Source: Vicugna vicugna (taxonomy: Eukaryota). From it: DNA of 64,000 nucleotides. The first letter of the stretch is position 1, and every line of letters starts with the position of its first letter. The stretch covers positions 124,001 to 188,000 of the forward strand of contig MU058016.1 in NCBI GenBank assembly GCA_013265495.1, in the 5' to 3' direction. A program made the translations under genes and the position numbers. The notes below the pieces were generated by a model. It saw only the letters and a list, made by a program, of their open reading frames with translations, had not been told where the DNA came from and made no database searches. Shown in pieces: positions 1 to 12,594 of the stretch.

Positions 1-1682
1 GAGCCCCAAGTGCTGGGTCCACGCCAGCCTGGGATGGCAGGATAGAGTAGGAGAGTACCGTTGAATCGCCTGCCTTTCATCCTGTGCTAACACTGGCGCA
101 GTGCACGGCAGTGAGCAAATGGGAAGGAGCTGGGCTGTAGGGTCAGGCAGAGCTGGCCTCAAGATTCTTCTCTGTCACCCACTGGGGTGATTAAAAACAA
201 AAAATAAGATTCTCACTTCCTGGAATTACCCTTTCTTTTATCATCTAAATAAAATAACTCACACTCTGAGAGAGGTCCAGCGCCTTCCCAATATTTCTGA
301 GGATTTTGGGAGGAGGGATGCTTACCTTCCCATTCTTTCTTGCTCTAAATTCTTACTCCAAGTTCAAGTCTCCTATCTTCTCTCTTGTAACTGCTCCTTT
401 TTCTTCCTCACTTCACCCACTCACGTGGGCCCCTCAAAAAAAGCACTTTCAACACAAGACTCTTAAGCGTAACAAGGTTTTACTAAGTTTTGACTGCGAC
501 CAAGAATAATCCAACACAAAGCAAAAAACAGCTTTGGATTCAATGTAGAGTTCACTGTCCTTAAAAATAAGTTGACCATTTCCAATCAGATGGTCTTTCT
601 TCCTCAGGATCTGACTTGCTACTGGGGGGCTGGCTGTACTCAGTCTCCAAGCACTCTCTCCACTGTCTTTAATCATCTGTCTCCCAGAAATCTTGTCCTC
701 CTCTCAAGTCACTAGTATACAATCTAGACATTTCTGTTACTTGACTATGCAGAGCCATTCAGTTTCTCAAACTCCATCTTAGACTGGTTGTTGGGTCCTT
801 TACCTAACCAAAACCAAGCTCTCTACCCCTGAAATGAATGACGTTGCTATCTTAGAATGTTAACACAATAACCATAGTCATCCTTTTGAATAGCATTTTT
901 TTCCTTTCATGACAGCAGCCACTTGAATGTGTACAAGCCAGTTAATTCATCTGAGCCTCAGTTTACTCACCTACATCATTTAGTTGTTATAAAAATGGAA
1001 TACAAAAGCCCAAAATACATTTGCCAAATGGTAACTGCTGATCTTATTAAGCATCAGGAATTTCCATTGGAAAGGGTAACTTAATAACAATGCCACTTGA
1101 GTACTATTAGTCAACACCCACAGCCAGTAGCTGACATGCCAGTCTGAAGCTGGAGTACCACACTCTTGCACTAGGGAAGGCATTTCCTGATCCCCTGGAC
1201 CCCATGTTGTCTAGAAAATACTTGCTTAGGAATATTAGGCAAATCATCTCATACAACAGCTAAAAATATCACCACTCCCTTCCAACAGCAAAGGATGGTG
1301 TTCTATCTTGCTTATGTTGTTTATGTCTTACTCTCAGAGAGGAGAACAGAGCTGGACAGAGGCCCAGCAATGTGCTACATGCTCTTGCAAACCACTGCCT
1401 GCCACCATGTATCTGCTCTAAGAATAGACTGCTGTCACAGCTTTATAAGGATTTTAATTTCCCAATGAAACGAAAGTTAGTCTATCATTAATCTGCAAAT
1501 CATTTCAACCGACAGATGAGTTAATACCAGTTAATGTCAATGAAACGGTTAATGTCAATGAAAAGGCCAAACTTAAGGTGAATACTGGGGGTGGATTGGA
1601 ATCAGGTCCCATCAGCCTACTCCTTGTTCCCAGGTTATCCTCAATCAAAGTAATTCAAGGCTTTTCTCTCTTGGCAAAGACC

Positions 1683-1747
1683 TCTCTTCCCCTCCCTCTC
1701 TCCCTCTGTCTCTCTCTCTCTTCCTCTCTCTTTCCCTCTCCCTCTCT
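1683..1747. repeat. CT-rich low-complexity tract
   Basis: Imperfect (CT)n/(CCCTCT)n, seen directly. Confidence 0.85.
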
Positions 1748-1884
1748 AGACCCCCAATCCCTTTTATAAGTTCCAAGATGATTTCTACTCTTACAGACCT
1801 TCCCCTGAACCATCACCCAAGAGCTAACCTAAAAAGAAGGTGACCTCAGTATTCCTACCTTTGTGGTGCATGTACTGCACACCA

Positions 1885-2075
1885 GCTCTGTGACAGGCTC
1901 TCTGCTACATGTTTCACATGCATAATCTCAATTATTTTCTCAAGAACAAGATGAGATAGCTCTTATACCCACTTTAAAGACAGAAAACTGATACTCAGAG
2001 AAGGAAAGGTACTTAGATATGGTCATACAATCAGTAAGTGAATAAACAGGATTCAAATCCAGATCTGACAGATGT
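1885..2075 (-). mobile_element. MIR SINE
   Basis: Reverse MIR core: cagaaaactgatactcagagaagg...ggtcatacaatcagtaagtg...ggattcaaatccagatctg. Confidence 0.8.
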
Positions 2076-2719
2076 TAATTCTCATGTTTTTCATCACAAA
2101 ATGTTCCCTATGTGAGACCAGCCGTGTATCATCAGCTCAAAAAAGATTTCTACTCAGCCTCAAAGAACTCCAGAATTCTTAGTGTGGAATTGCTCACAAC
2201 CTAAAATATTTCCAAATATATTTATCTCTACCAAACTAGAGATAGTGTGGCCCTCCCATGGAATGCAGTAATAGTCCACAATTTGGGGTTAATTCAATCA
2301 ATTATAAGGTGCTATCTGGTGATCCATGGGCAATTCATAAATTCAGAGCCCATGAAACCATCTTCACAATGGAGTCACCACTCCCAGGCTGTGTTCTTTC
2401 CAGTTTAGCCTATATCACGGTGTATTTTACTGTTCTAAGTTCCAGCTCTCATGGCATGTCTTTCCTTTAAAACAACCTTTTACCCCCTGAAAGGTCTCTG
2501 CCTAGCAGTCAAGGCTGGTACAGTCTAGCCCAGTGGAACATTTCAGTTCCATTTTCTCCATGTTCCACTGACCCTCACACTGAGATGGCCCTTCAGTCAA
2601 GGGAAAGCACTCGGGATGCCCCTCCCAGGCCCAGAGCCTTTGCTCTACGATTTAGAATGTCCTAGTTCAGGCTTGAAGTAAGAGTAAAATTCTCTGCAAT
2701 AAAAAGCAACAGGAATTTA

Positions 2720-3447
2720 CCACAATGAGATACCACTTCCCACCTACCAGGACTGCTATAATCAAAAAAGTGGAAAATAACAAGTATTGACAAGATATGG
2801 AGCAATCAGAACCCTCATGCATTGCTAGTAGGAACATAAAATAGTATAGCCACTGTGGTTTCTCAAACAGTTAAACAGACAACTACCACACAACTCAGCA
2901 ATTCTACTGCTAAGCATATATTCAAAAGAACTGAAAAGAGGGACTTCAACAGAAATCTGCATGCCAACGTTCATAGCAGCATTATTTACAATAGCTGAAA
3001 GATGGAAACAAACAAGACGCCCATCAATAGATGAAAAGCTAAGCAAAACGTGGTACAGACACACAATGGAATGTTGTTCAGGCATAAAAAGGAATGACAC
3101 TTTGCTATATGCTACATTGTGAATGGACTTTGAAAAGATTCTGCTTACTGAAGTAAGCCAGACACAAAAGGCCACATATTTCATGATTTCACTTATATGA
3201 AATATCCAGAATAAGCAGATCAATAGACCTAGAGAGCAGTTAAATGGTTGCCAAGGACTAGTGAGGAGGTAGGAATGTGACAGCTTAATGAAGACAGAGT
3301 TTCCTTTCTGGGTGATAAAAATGTTCTGGAACTAGGTAGTGCTGATGGTTGCACAAAATTGTAAAGTTATTAACTGGCACTGAATTGTACACCTTAAAAC
3401 AGTTAAAATGATAAATTTTGCTATGTATATTTTATCACAACATAACA
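2720..3447 (+). mobile_element. Old L1 (L1MB-like) ORF2 end plus 3' UTR
   Basis: cacaatgagataccac..., gttcatagcagcattatttacaatagc and the terminal cactgaattgtacaccttaaaa...tattttatcacaac. Confidence 0.9.
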
Positions 3448-3461
3448 TTTGAAAGTTTATA

Positions 3462-4374
3462 AAGGGAAAACTGGACAGCTGCATGTAAGTCAATGAAGTT
3501 AGAATACTCTCCACACCATATACAAAAATAAACTCAAAATGGCTTAAAGACTTAAGACAAGACACCAAAACTTCTACAAAGAAAACATAAGTAAAACATT
3601 TTCTGACATAAATGTTAGCAATGTTCTCCTAGGGCTGTCTACTCAGAGAATAGAAATAAAAGCAAAAATAAACAAATGGGACCTAATTCAACTTAATAAG
3701 CTTTTGCAAAGCAAAGGAAACCATACATAAAACAAAAAGACAATCTACGGAATGGGAGAAAATATTTGCAATGCAANNNNNNNNNNNNNNNNNNNNNNNN
3801 NNNNNNNNNNNAAAAAAAAAAAAACACCCAAGCCAAAAAGGGGCAGAAGACCTAAACAAGAAATTCTCCAGTGAAGACATACAAATGGCCAATAGGCACA
3901 TGAAAAAATGTTCAATATCGTTAATTATCAGAGAAATGCAAATCAAAACTAAAATGAGGAATCACATCACACAGGTCAGAATGGTCATCATTAAAAAGTC
4001 CACAAACAATAAGTGCTGGAGAAGGTGTGGAGAAAAGGGAACCCTCCTACACTGTTGGTGGGAATGTAGTTTGATGCAGCTGTTTGGAAAACAGTATGGA
4101 AATTCCTATTGACTTACAGGAAATTCCTACAGACTTATCCTATGAACCAGCAATCCCACTCTTGGGTATATATCCAGAGAGAACTTTAATTCGAAAAGAT
4201 ATATGCACCCCAGTGTTCACAGCAGCACTATTTACAATAAAGACATGGAAACAACCTAAATGTCCATTGACAGATTACTGTGATATATTTATACAATGGA
4301 ATACTACTCAGCCATAAAACATAGTAAAGTAATACCATTTGCAGCAACATGGATGGACCTGGAGATTGTCATTC
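3462..4374 (+). mobile_element. Younger L1 ORF2 3' fragment (spans an assembly gap)
   Basis: Translates ORF2 C-terminal motifs [44 protein letters not shown] and PAIPLLGIYP. Confidence 0.95.
3777..3811. other. Assembly gap (35 N)
   Basis: Run of N next to a poly-A tract. Confidence 1.
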
Positions 4375-5121
4375 ATTTTTATGAACTGGTAGTATTAATA
4401 TTTTGAGATATTTATCAATTTGGTCAAGGTGTACTAGATTCAAGTCAGTTCAATAAATAATCATCCATGGGAAATAGCCAAAGGGTTTTTAAATTTTTAA
4501 TATCTATATTCCTATGAAGCTCCATGATAGTGAATCTGGGGCCCAATCCCACCACTAATAGTGTGTTTCAGATATTCATCCATTGCTATGAATTGTCAAT
4601 TAATCTGTTAATCAATGGTAAAGAATGAAAAACAGTTTGCAATCTATGCAAACCCAAAGAGAAGAACAGCCTTGGTAAATTCTCACTTTTTAGGAACTTG
4701 TAACCAACCAGAAAAATCATTTAGCAAAGCAAATTCAACACAACAGTTTCTATAAAAATGGATTTTTCTCTCAGACTATTTAAATGAACAAACGTAATCA
4801 AATGAGAAACTATGTATTTCTCCTACCATTCAGAGCAATGCTCTGCATAAAATCTGCAGTAATTTCACTTTCAGCCATTTATTAGGAAATATGATATTAC
4901 TCCTGGAGTCATTGACGATCAGTTGGAACAGAGATGCTAGGAAAAACACTGTACAACTTAATGTTTGGCACTCTTTCACTTTTTTTCTCATGGTTATTGC
5001 TTTCTAAACATTCATTTAGACTCCAGGACCTTTCAAATTTATTCACTCAAATATTATCTGAAGGTCTGGTGCTAGGCAGGACAGAGCATATATTGCATGG
5101 TAGATACAGCAATGACTTTTT

Positions 5122-5348
5122 TATGCAAAAGATTTCTCATTGTAGTGTTATTTTTTAAATTTACTTATTTTTTATTGAATGAAAAATTCTTTAAATTCTA
5201 TAGTGCTTTCAATTGTCGAAAGTTTCACGCACCTGATTTTATATAATCCAATAATAACCCATTTTTCCTCTACCCCTATCTAGCCCCTCCCCCTTTCCTC
5301 TCCCCACTGATAACCACTAATTTGTTCTCTATATCTATGAGTCAAAAT
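5122..5348 (-). mobile_element. 5'-truncated L1 3' UTR with target-site duplication (TSD)
   Basis: Reverse L1 3' UTR (ccccctttcctctccccactgataaccactaatttgttctctatatctatgagtc). Flanked by agcaatgacttttt (5108-5121) and agcagtgacttttt (5349-5362). Confidence 0.85.
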
Positions 5349-5364
5349 AGCAGTGACTTTTGAA

Positions 5365-5550
5365 GCTAGAAGATTCAGATTAAAATCCTTCCCCTGTTTC
5401 TCTCTAGCTGGAGAAGAAACAAGTCCCTAAAACTTGGTCCTTCATGATTCCCATTTGTAAAATAGAAATGATAAAACAATTTGTCCTACCTACTTCACGA
5501 AGTTGCTATGAAGATTACAGTGAGATGGTGATCGTGAAGGTAAATTATAA
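5365..5550 (+). mobile_element. MIR SINE (diverged), followed by a (GAC/GAT)n tract at ~5570-5605
   Basis: ttcccatttgtaaaatagaaatgataa...cctacctacttcacgaagttgctatgaagattac. Confidence 0.7.
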
Positions 5551-6287
5551 GGGGCGATGTTGAAAATAGTGACGACGACGATGATGATGATGGTGTTGAT
5601 GAAGACGCAGCATCACAGCCCCTGTGCTTACAGAAAAGACAACCTCTTAAGACATTCATATTCCACTAAGGGCGTAGATTTCACTCATCTTATTCTCACT
5701 CCTGGCTGAGAAGTTTTGCTCCTTAGAAAAACAAAATCTTTTCCTTTCCTTACTAAAGGAAAAGTGGGGCAAAGTTTACTGGGTGGAGAGTAATTAACAA
5801 GGAAAACACAAAAGCTGAAATATTCATTTATGTCCCTATTTTATTCTAACTACTTCTACTCAAAATATATCTTCCTTTCTCTCAGTTAATAATAATCATT
5901 TGAAATTTCCTCTTTAATATGCCACCCAAATAAAAAACTTATAAAATGTCAAGTTCAAACATAAAAACATATTGGTCTTTTTTTTTACACAATTCACCAT
6001 CATTGTGTAGGTCTTATATGTGACAAGCCATGAAATAAAAAGGCAAAAGGATTACAAAGAAATAAATAAAACTTACTACTTTCTGATGACATGATTGTAT
6101 AATAAATAAGCCAAAGAAATCTATAAAGTATTCAAATTAATAATCAAATTTAGCAGAGTGACTGAATATAAAACCAATACACAAATGAAAATAAGCTATA
6201 TTTCTCTAAAAACATATTGGTCTTATGTGTTGTTTGATGTTGCTCCCCATCCACTCTAAGTCTGAAAATTCTACCTTTAGAAATTAA

Positions 6288-6399
6288 GTAACCTATAGTG
6301 AAAAAGAATATGAAAACAAATACATGTATGTATGTGTATGACTGAAACATTATGCTGTACACCAGAAACTGACACACTATAACTGACTATAAAAAAAAA
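6288..6399 (+). mobile_element. Short L1 3' end with poly-A and 9-bp TSD
   Basis: gtgaaaaagaatatgaaaac...tgctgtacaccagaaactgacac...A-tail. TSD agaaattaa at 6279-6287 and 6400-6408. Confidence 0.9.
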
Positions 6400-7299
6400 A
6401 GAAATTAATGTATGGTATAGTCTGTCTCGAAGGCAATAAAATTATGCAGTCTCTCTGACCCTGAAGTTCTTTTTATAGAAATTGAATCTAAAGGAATTAT
6501 TTGTAGATGTTCATCAAAATTCAGCTGTAAAGATTTTCAACACATGTTGTTTACAATACAGAAAATTGGAAGTAACCTAAATGTTCAGCAGGTGAGTAGT
6601 CATATAACTATGGTATTTCTGGGATTCTAAGGGATTATTCCTTTTTCTTCATACACTTCTGCATTGCCTATAATAAGCATCTATTGATCTCATCATCATA
6701 AAATACACAACAAATTTTATTTTATGAAAACAAATTAATGGTCATTTTGATTACTACAATGAATTGAAGAAATGTATGTTATTTAATTCCCTTCTGAAAC
6801 CCCACTAAAATGACAGTAAAGAGAATATTTTAAAGCATGAACCTACAGGAACAAAGGACAAAAAGAGAAGCAGCAATAGCCACCAACTTTAGGAAGGTGG
6901 AAAGCATGTGGATCATTGACAACAGGCTTCACAGACTCAAGAAAGCTGAATCCTAAATAGGCAGTGGGGAAAGCCAAAAAAGAACTGGATTTACATCACA
7001 GATTCTCCCAAAGGCTCAGGAATAACAGCACCAGCACCTCTGGAATACACAAAGGGGACCCCAGCAGCAGAGAGACAGCCTGAAGGTCTGCTTAAGAAGC
7101 TAGGGCCCCTAGTCCTCCTTTTCCCCATTCTGCACAAGCTGGTTTCCTCTCTTCCTCTCACAAACCAGCAGAAGGCAGCAAAAAACCCACCCAGCAAATG
7201 GAAAACAACACGTCCCTGATGACATGGACACTAAACTCTAAGCTCCAAGAGGGCACAGGATGCTACATGCTTTATTGACAAAAAATTATATCTCAGTTT

Positions 7300-7427
7300 G
7301 TATCATCTGAGCCCCAGATACCACGTAATTCCCATGCTCCTCAATTACCTAGACCAATAAATTTCCTTTTATGGCAAAGCCATTTGGAGTCAGGTTTCTG
7401 TCATTTGCAACTAAGGTCATGATACAT
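7300..7427 (+). mobile_element. MLT1 (MaLR) LTR 3' fragment
   Basis: ccaataaatttccttttatggcaaagccatttggagtcaggtttctgtcatttgcaac. Confidence 0.7.
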
Positions 7428-7717
7428 CTGAGATATCACCCTTCTAAATAAATCTACCCTTCCCAAAAGTCCCAACCAAAAAACAAAAACATTCCTTAGC
7501 TACTCCTTCCCTAGCAAAGCCCCCACTCATTAAGTCGCAAAATTTTCCACCTGCCCTTGTAATAGGTGAAGCAAATCAAAGGGCAGTTAGTTGTCTGTGA
7601 CTTGAATTAGAAATCAGAGCTCTTTGCTACCTGCTTGTTACTTACAACTAAATCCAACCACGCACTCTCTTCATACCTTCTTCCCCTATGGTTATTGAAC
7701 TGACTTTCTTGGAAGAT

Positions 7718-8248
7718 TGTTAAAGCAAAAATCTCACAAAGAGTTGATTTTTTTCTGATACTCCTGCCAGCAACACGGGAGAGAGCAGACACAAGGTCTG
7801 GATGCCTGGCTCCATAGAGACAAAGGGCTGTAAAGTTCTTCAGAGCTGGGATGGAGGGGATCATAGGCCACCAGTGCTTGCTAACTGGTCTTACCCATAG
7901 GGAAAGTACACTTTCTCTGATCTTCATGATGAGAAATAGTTTGACACCTGGGATCATCAAGTAGTCTGAGGAAGTTAGGTCCTACTCTCCCATGGAGACT
8001 GGGATTACATTCGGTGACTACATTTCAAAGAGAAGGCCCCCAGACCCCTGAGAAAGACACTGCTGGGTTGTAAAACCGGCAAGAGGCTTTTTAAAAGATT
8101 TATTTCGCCAAGGGGTAGAGAAAGGATTTATAATGACAAGTTTCCTAAAGTAAATTCTCTAAGAAAAGGGAGGTCGGGGCCTCAAGTCAGGAAGGAATGT
8201 CTCCAAAGTCTAATGAAGCTAAAGGGATCGTGATGGCCACCTCGGTCA
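7718..8248 (-). mobile_element. ERV1-class solo LTR (MER67/MER31-like)
   Basis: TG...CA termini with a perfect 4-bp TSD AGAT (7714-7717, 8249-8252). The minus strand reads gacctcccttttcttagagaatttactttaggaaacttg. Confidence 0.85.
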
Positions 8249-8956
8249 AGATCTATGGGAAAATGGCAGCAACTGGCTTTTTAGGATTCACAAAATATCT
8301 GTCAAAGTGTTCTAGTTTCACTGGATTTCCTCCTAAGAGAAATAAAAACCCTTTTTTATTGTATATTTATTCAGGAAAAATTTATAAGGAGCCTTAATCT
8401 CCCATCGAGCAAAAGAACTTAGGTTTCCCCTGTCTTCTTCAGACACAGTGAAATCTACACTAACCTCTCATTCAGTACAGTCTCCCACAGAAATTACCCA
8501 TGAGTTCAAACGCTGGTTGCCACAATCTGAATACAATAATTTTGGGGTGTTAATAACACAGGAGAAAGATTCAGTAACGGGAATCAAATAAAGCTCTTTC
8601 ACTGCAACCATTTAAAAATTACCTCAAGGGGGAGACGAATGAAATGTAAAAGCCATATCATAGGGGAAGTAGAGTTAAGATGTGGAAGGAAAATCTCACT
8701 CTTCTCCCAAAATATCAAACTCCCCATGATTTTCCTTCCCTCCCTAGCAGGCCTCCTGATCAATCAACTCAATCACCTTTACCAACTTCCTTAATTCACT
8801 TACCTCTATGTCCTTATATATTAATCTACCCTACCAATCCCGAAGCTTGGAGCAATTCAACAATTTACTTTCTCTACCATTACTGCTATGAAGTTGAATA
8901 CTATTGGCAAAATCTCAGGATTTTATCTACTGGTAGTATTACGTATGTAAAGTTTC

Positions 8957-9353
8957 TATAGACAGAATAATGCTCCCTACAAAGATGCTCACGTCCCAAT
9001 CCCCAGAATCTGGGAATATGTGACCTTACATAGCAAAAGGAACTTGGCAGGTGTGATTAAGTTAAGGATCGTAACATTAGGAGATTACCCTGGATTATCC
9101 AAGTGGACCTAAGGATCAATCAGAAAAGATGTGACAACAGAAGCAGAGAGATGGAGTGATGCACTTTGGAGATGGAGGAAAGGGGCCATGAGCCAAATAA
9201 TGCAGGTGTCCTCTAGGAGCCGGAAAAGGTAAGGAAACAAATTCTCCCTGGATACTCCAGGAGAAGCAGAGCCCTGCAGACACCTTAATTCTAGTACCAT
9301 AAGGCTCATTTCAGACTTCTGATATCCAGAACTGGAAGATAATAAATATATGG
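8957..9353 (+). mobile_element. MLT1D-like LTR, 5' part (interrupted by the RPL13A pseudogene)
   Basis: gaatatgtgaccttacatagcaaaagg...ggaaaaggtaaggaaacaaattctccc...ccagaactggaagataataaat. Confidence 0.9.
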
Positions 9354-10447
9354 CTTTCCCAGGTGGCTGCTGAAGATGGCAGAGGGGCAGGTGGAGCTCG
9401 GGCAGGTGGATGCTATCTCCCAGTCACCCAGTGGCATCATGACCAAGGAGGTACTGCTGGGCCAGAGGTGGTGTTCATGTGCTGCAAGTGCATCAGCACT
9501 TCTGACAATGTCTACTGAAGCAAGGGCAGACCATTTGAGATACTGCCCCACAAGACCAAGGGAAGCTAGCATCCCTGGACCCCTTCAGGTGTTTGATGGG
9601 ATCCTGCTGCCCTATGACAAGAAAAAGTGGATGATGGTCCCTGCTGCCCTCAAGGTTGTGCATCCGAAGCCTATGTGAAAGTTTGCCTGCTGGGAGTTCC
9701 ATGAGGTTGGTTTGAAGTACCAGGAGTGACAGCCACCTGAAGGAGAAGAGAAAGGAGAACGCCAAGGTCATTACTGGAATTTAAAAAGAGCTCATGAGGC
9801 TATGGAAACAGGATGAAAAGAACACAGAAAGAAAATGGACAATAATACAGAGGTCCTCAAGAACCACAGCCTCCTGGCCTGAGCCCAATAAAGACTGGTT
9901 ATGCCTCATGCTTGGTCTGGCCTGCCCTTTCTCCTCTGCTGCCCTGGATGGGGGTGGGGAGGGCCCAGTGGCAGGCCTCCAGGTACCAAGGAAGCCCGGA
10001 GTTTAGCTTAGAAGGCTGAGGAAACAGAAGGGGCCTTAGTCACGGCTCCTGTTTAAGAAAAATCTTTCTTTTAAAATTGTACTTTAAACAGCTCTAACTG
10101 CTATACAGAGAAAATCTGTCTAATCCACCAGTTCAGGAGAGAGTTTTTTTAATCGACAGTAGGAACAACCAGTTACTTCAGTTCTAATATTTACACAAGT
10201 GAGCTGGAAAACTAATTGGAAGATAACCCTGCACTGTGAATAGGCATCTGGTTAAACTTTCCATATGGTCACATATTATATCCTGCAGCTGTTAGAGTGA
10301 GAGAGATGCTGTGGGACACTGTGAGCCTGGTTGTGTGCAAAGGTATTTATAGATGCAGACTGGGAGAAGTGCAATCAAGGGATCACAGGCATAGCCCTTG
10401 CTGCTTCCCTTCCCATTATTTATCAGAAATGAATAAATTATTTGTAA
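9354..10447 (+). pseudogene. RPL13A: Processed pseudogene of 60S ribosomal protein L13a, including the long 3' UTR
   Basis: Pyrimidine-rich 5' start, ATG at 9376 (MAEGQV...) and motif [26 protein letters not shown] (RPL13A: [26 protein letters not shown]). Ancestral stop TGA at 9880-9882; AATAAA at 9887 and 10432. No introns, with frameshifts and an internal deletion. Confidence 0.95.
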
Positions 10448-10522
10448 ATCAATCAGTCTGTATTGTTTTAAGCCCACTAAGTTTGTAGTAATTTGTTACA
10501 GCAGCAGTAGGAAACTAATACA
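10448..10522 (+). mobile_element. MLT1D-like LTR, 3' remainder
   Basis: tattgttttaagcccactaagtttgtagtaatttgttacagcagcagtaggaaactaataca, the canonical MLT1 terminus. Confidence 0.9.
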
Positions 10523-10560
10523 ATTTCTGACTTCAGATGAGTCTTCAAACTCTCAGAAAT

Positions 10561-11022
10561 TGTGGTGGAGAGACTTCAAAGATGACTGCTCTCAATTCCT
10601 TCCCTCCCTGCACACACATGCCCCTCACTTCGATGCGTGGAATCTATTTCCCGCCCCCTTAAATCTGGACTAGTCCTGTCTCTTGCTTTGACCAATAGAG
10701 TGAGATGGATGTGACAATGTGCCAGTTCTGGACCTGCCCTTTAAGCAGCTCCTGCTTCCTCTCTTTCTGTAGTTGACCACCATGGACAAAGTTGGACTAT
10801 CCTGAGACCATTATGCTGTGAGGGAGTCTAAGCTGTTCTGGGCATCCCAGCTGAGGTACCAGACATATGAGTGCAGAAACCATCTTGGATAGTCCTGCCA
10901 ACTCCTCGTGCCAACTCAGCTCTAGCCCAGCTGAGCCTAGCCTAGATTGCAGAATCATAAATATGTGAGGTCTTTTTTAAGCCAGTATTTTGGGTGGTTT
11001 GTTACCAAAATGAATAACTGAA
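10561..11022 (+). mobile_element. MLT1F/G/H-like LTR
   Basis: tgtggtgg start, ttgctttgaccaatagagtg...gtgccagttctgg, and terminal ttttaagcca...ggtttgttac. Confidence 0.8.
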
Positions 11023-12077
11023 AACTGAAACAATAATACTTTCTACTTGCCACTAGTACTGCGCTCTCCCTTTCCGTTATCTAGCTCTCTGCAGACGATC
11101 TTACACCCAACTTCAGAGAAATTCTGGTCCTTCCCGTATATTTTTCCATGGCTGCAACCCTAACCTCCCCTACCATGTGCGTAACCGCACTGACCTTTCT
11201 TAGAATTTCTCAGAATTACCCTTCCTGATCTAATCCCTTCCCACCTCTTCCAAAATTTTAGTCTTTCAGCAGGCTCAGTCACTGTCATTCTCCATGGGCA
11301 CCTTTCTTCAGCCTACAGACACACCCAGGTTGAACCACTCTTTCCTTATAGCTTCAAGTTATTGCCCTATCTCTTTCCTCTTTTAGTTCAAACTTTTTGT
11401 GAATAATCTACACTTGTCATGTCCATGTTTAATACTCAGCCAAGTAGTGAGCTATACCAGCTAAAAGACATAATAAGGGTGATCAGAGGCAACCACATAT
11501 GTGGGAGTATTGGGGAGGGAGGTCCATTATTTAAACAGGATCCAGTTGCCAAGATCAGTAAGTGAAGATGGGTACATGCCAAGAAGCAGTATTAGGGAGA
11601 GAACAAATCTACAGGGATAAATGTACTGTATAGGTTGCGTCAAAGTCCCAGGGAGGCCACAGAGAAAGGATTCAGCCCAGCTAACCTAGCAGAAACTGCA
11701 AAGTAGGAGCCTCTATAACTCAGCTGTGCACAATTGCACTTGTTCAGTGGACAAACAGACCACTTTGTCATAGCAGAACTTGGCTTCCCCAGGCTTTCTA
11801 TTCCATAGTGACAACCCCATCCCTCTACTTAATGGACCACACTCAGAAAATAGTGCTTAGATGCCTACAACAAATCAACATTTCTAAATAAAATAACACT
11901 GAGGTAACATTATCAAGTTAATTACTTCCAATGATTTGTCTCTTAAGGCATATTCACTTTGTGCCATACACAACCTAAAACCTGCAAACCAGGTTTCCCA
12001 AAATAACAAATGCTAAATGCTAACATGTTTACATTCCATAGTGAAATAGTTAAGAGCATACTTTTTGGAATAAGACT

Positions 12078-12593
12078 GTGTTGTATGCAGCAGAGTCTCC
12101 GCCCCCCACCTGCCACCTGCCCAACAAAAATCCATGTCTTAACAGGAACCTGTAAAGATGTTATCTTACGTGGCAAAGGGAAATCAAAGTTGAAGATAGA
12201 ATTAAGATTGCTAATCAGCTGATCTTAAAATAGGGATATTGTCCTGGATTATATGGGTAGGCAATATTATCACAAGGGCCCTTAAAAGTACACAAGGGAG
12301 GCAAAAGAGGAGGTAAGAGTGATGCAGTGTGAGAAGGACTCAACTCGCCTTTGCTGGCTTTGAAGGTGGAGGAAGGGGGCCGGGAGTCAACGGAAGCAGG
12401 CAGCCTCTAGAAGCTGGAAAAGGCAAGGAAACAGATTCTCCCCTGGAGCCTCCAAACAGGAACGCAGCGCAGCTGACACTGTGATTTCAGTCCAGTGAGA
12501 CCTTTGTCAGATTTGTGACCTATAGAACTATAATGAATTTCTGTCGTTTAAGCTACTAAATTTATGACAATTTGTTACGTAATACTGACTACA
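12078..12593 (+). mobile_element. MLT1D-like LTR
   Basis: atgttatcttacgtggcaaaggg...ctctagaagctggaaaaggcaaggaaacagattctcccctggagcctcc. Confidence 0.9.
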
Positions 12594-12594
12594 T

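Noticed and set aside
1..300. Possible edge of the promoter of the upstream neighbour (MCTP1 in human synteny, from memory)
   Set aside because: Only mildly GC-rich, and no exon or CpG island is visible in the window.
6785..7200. Possible 5' region of an ancient L1/HAL1 element
   Set aside because: The resemblance is too weak to assign without a repeat search.
9376..9678. 100-aa ORF with RPL13A similarity as a functional retrogene
   Set aside because: It drifts in and out of the RPL13A frame, has an internal deletion and stops early.
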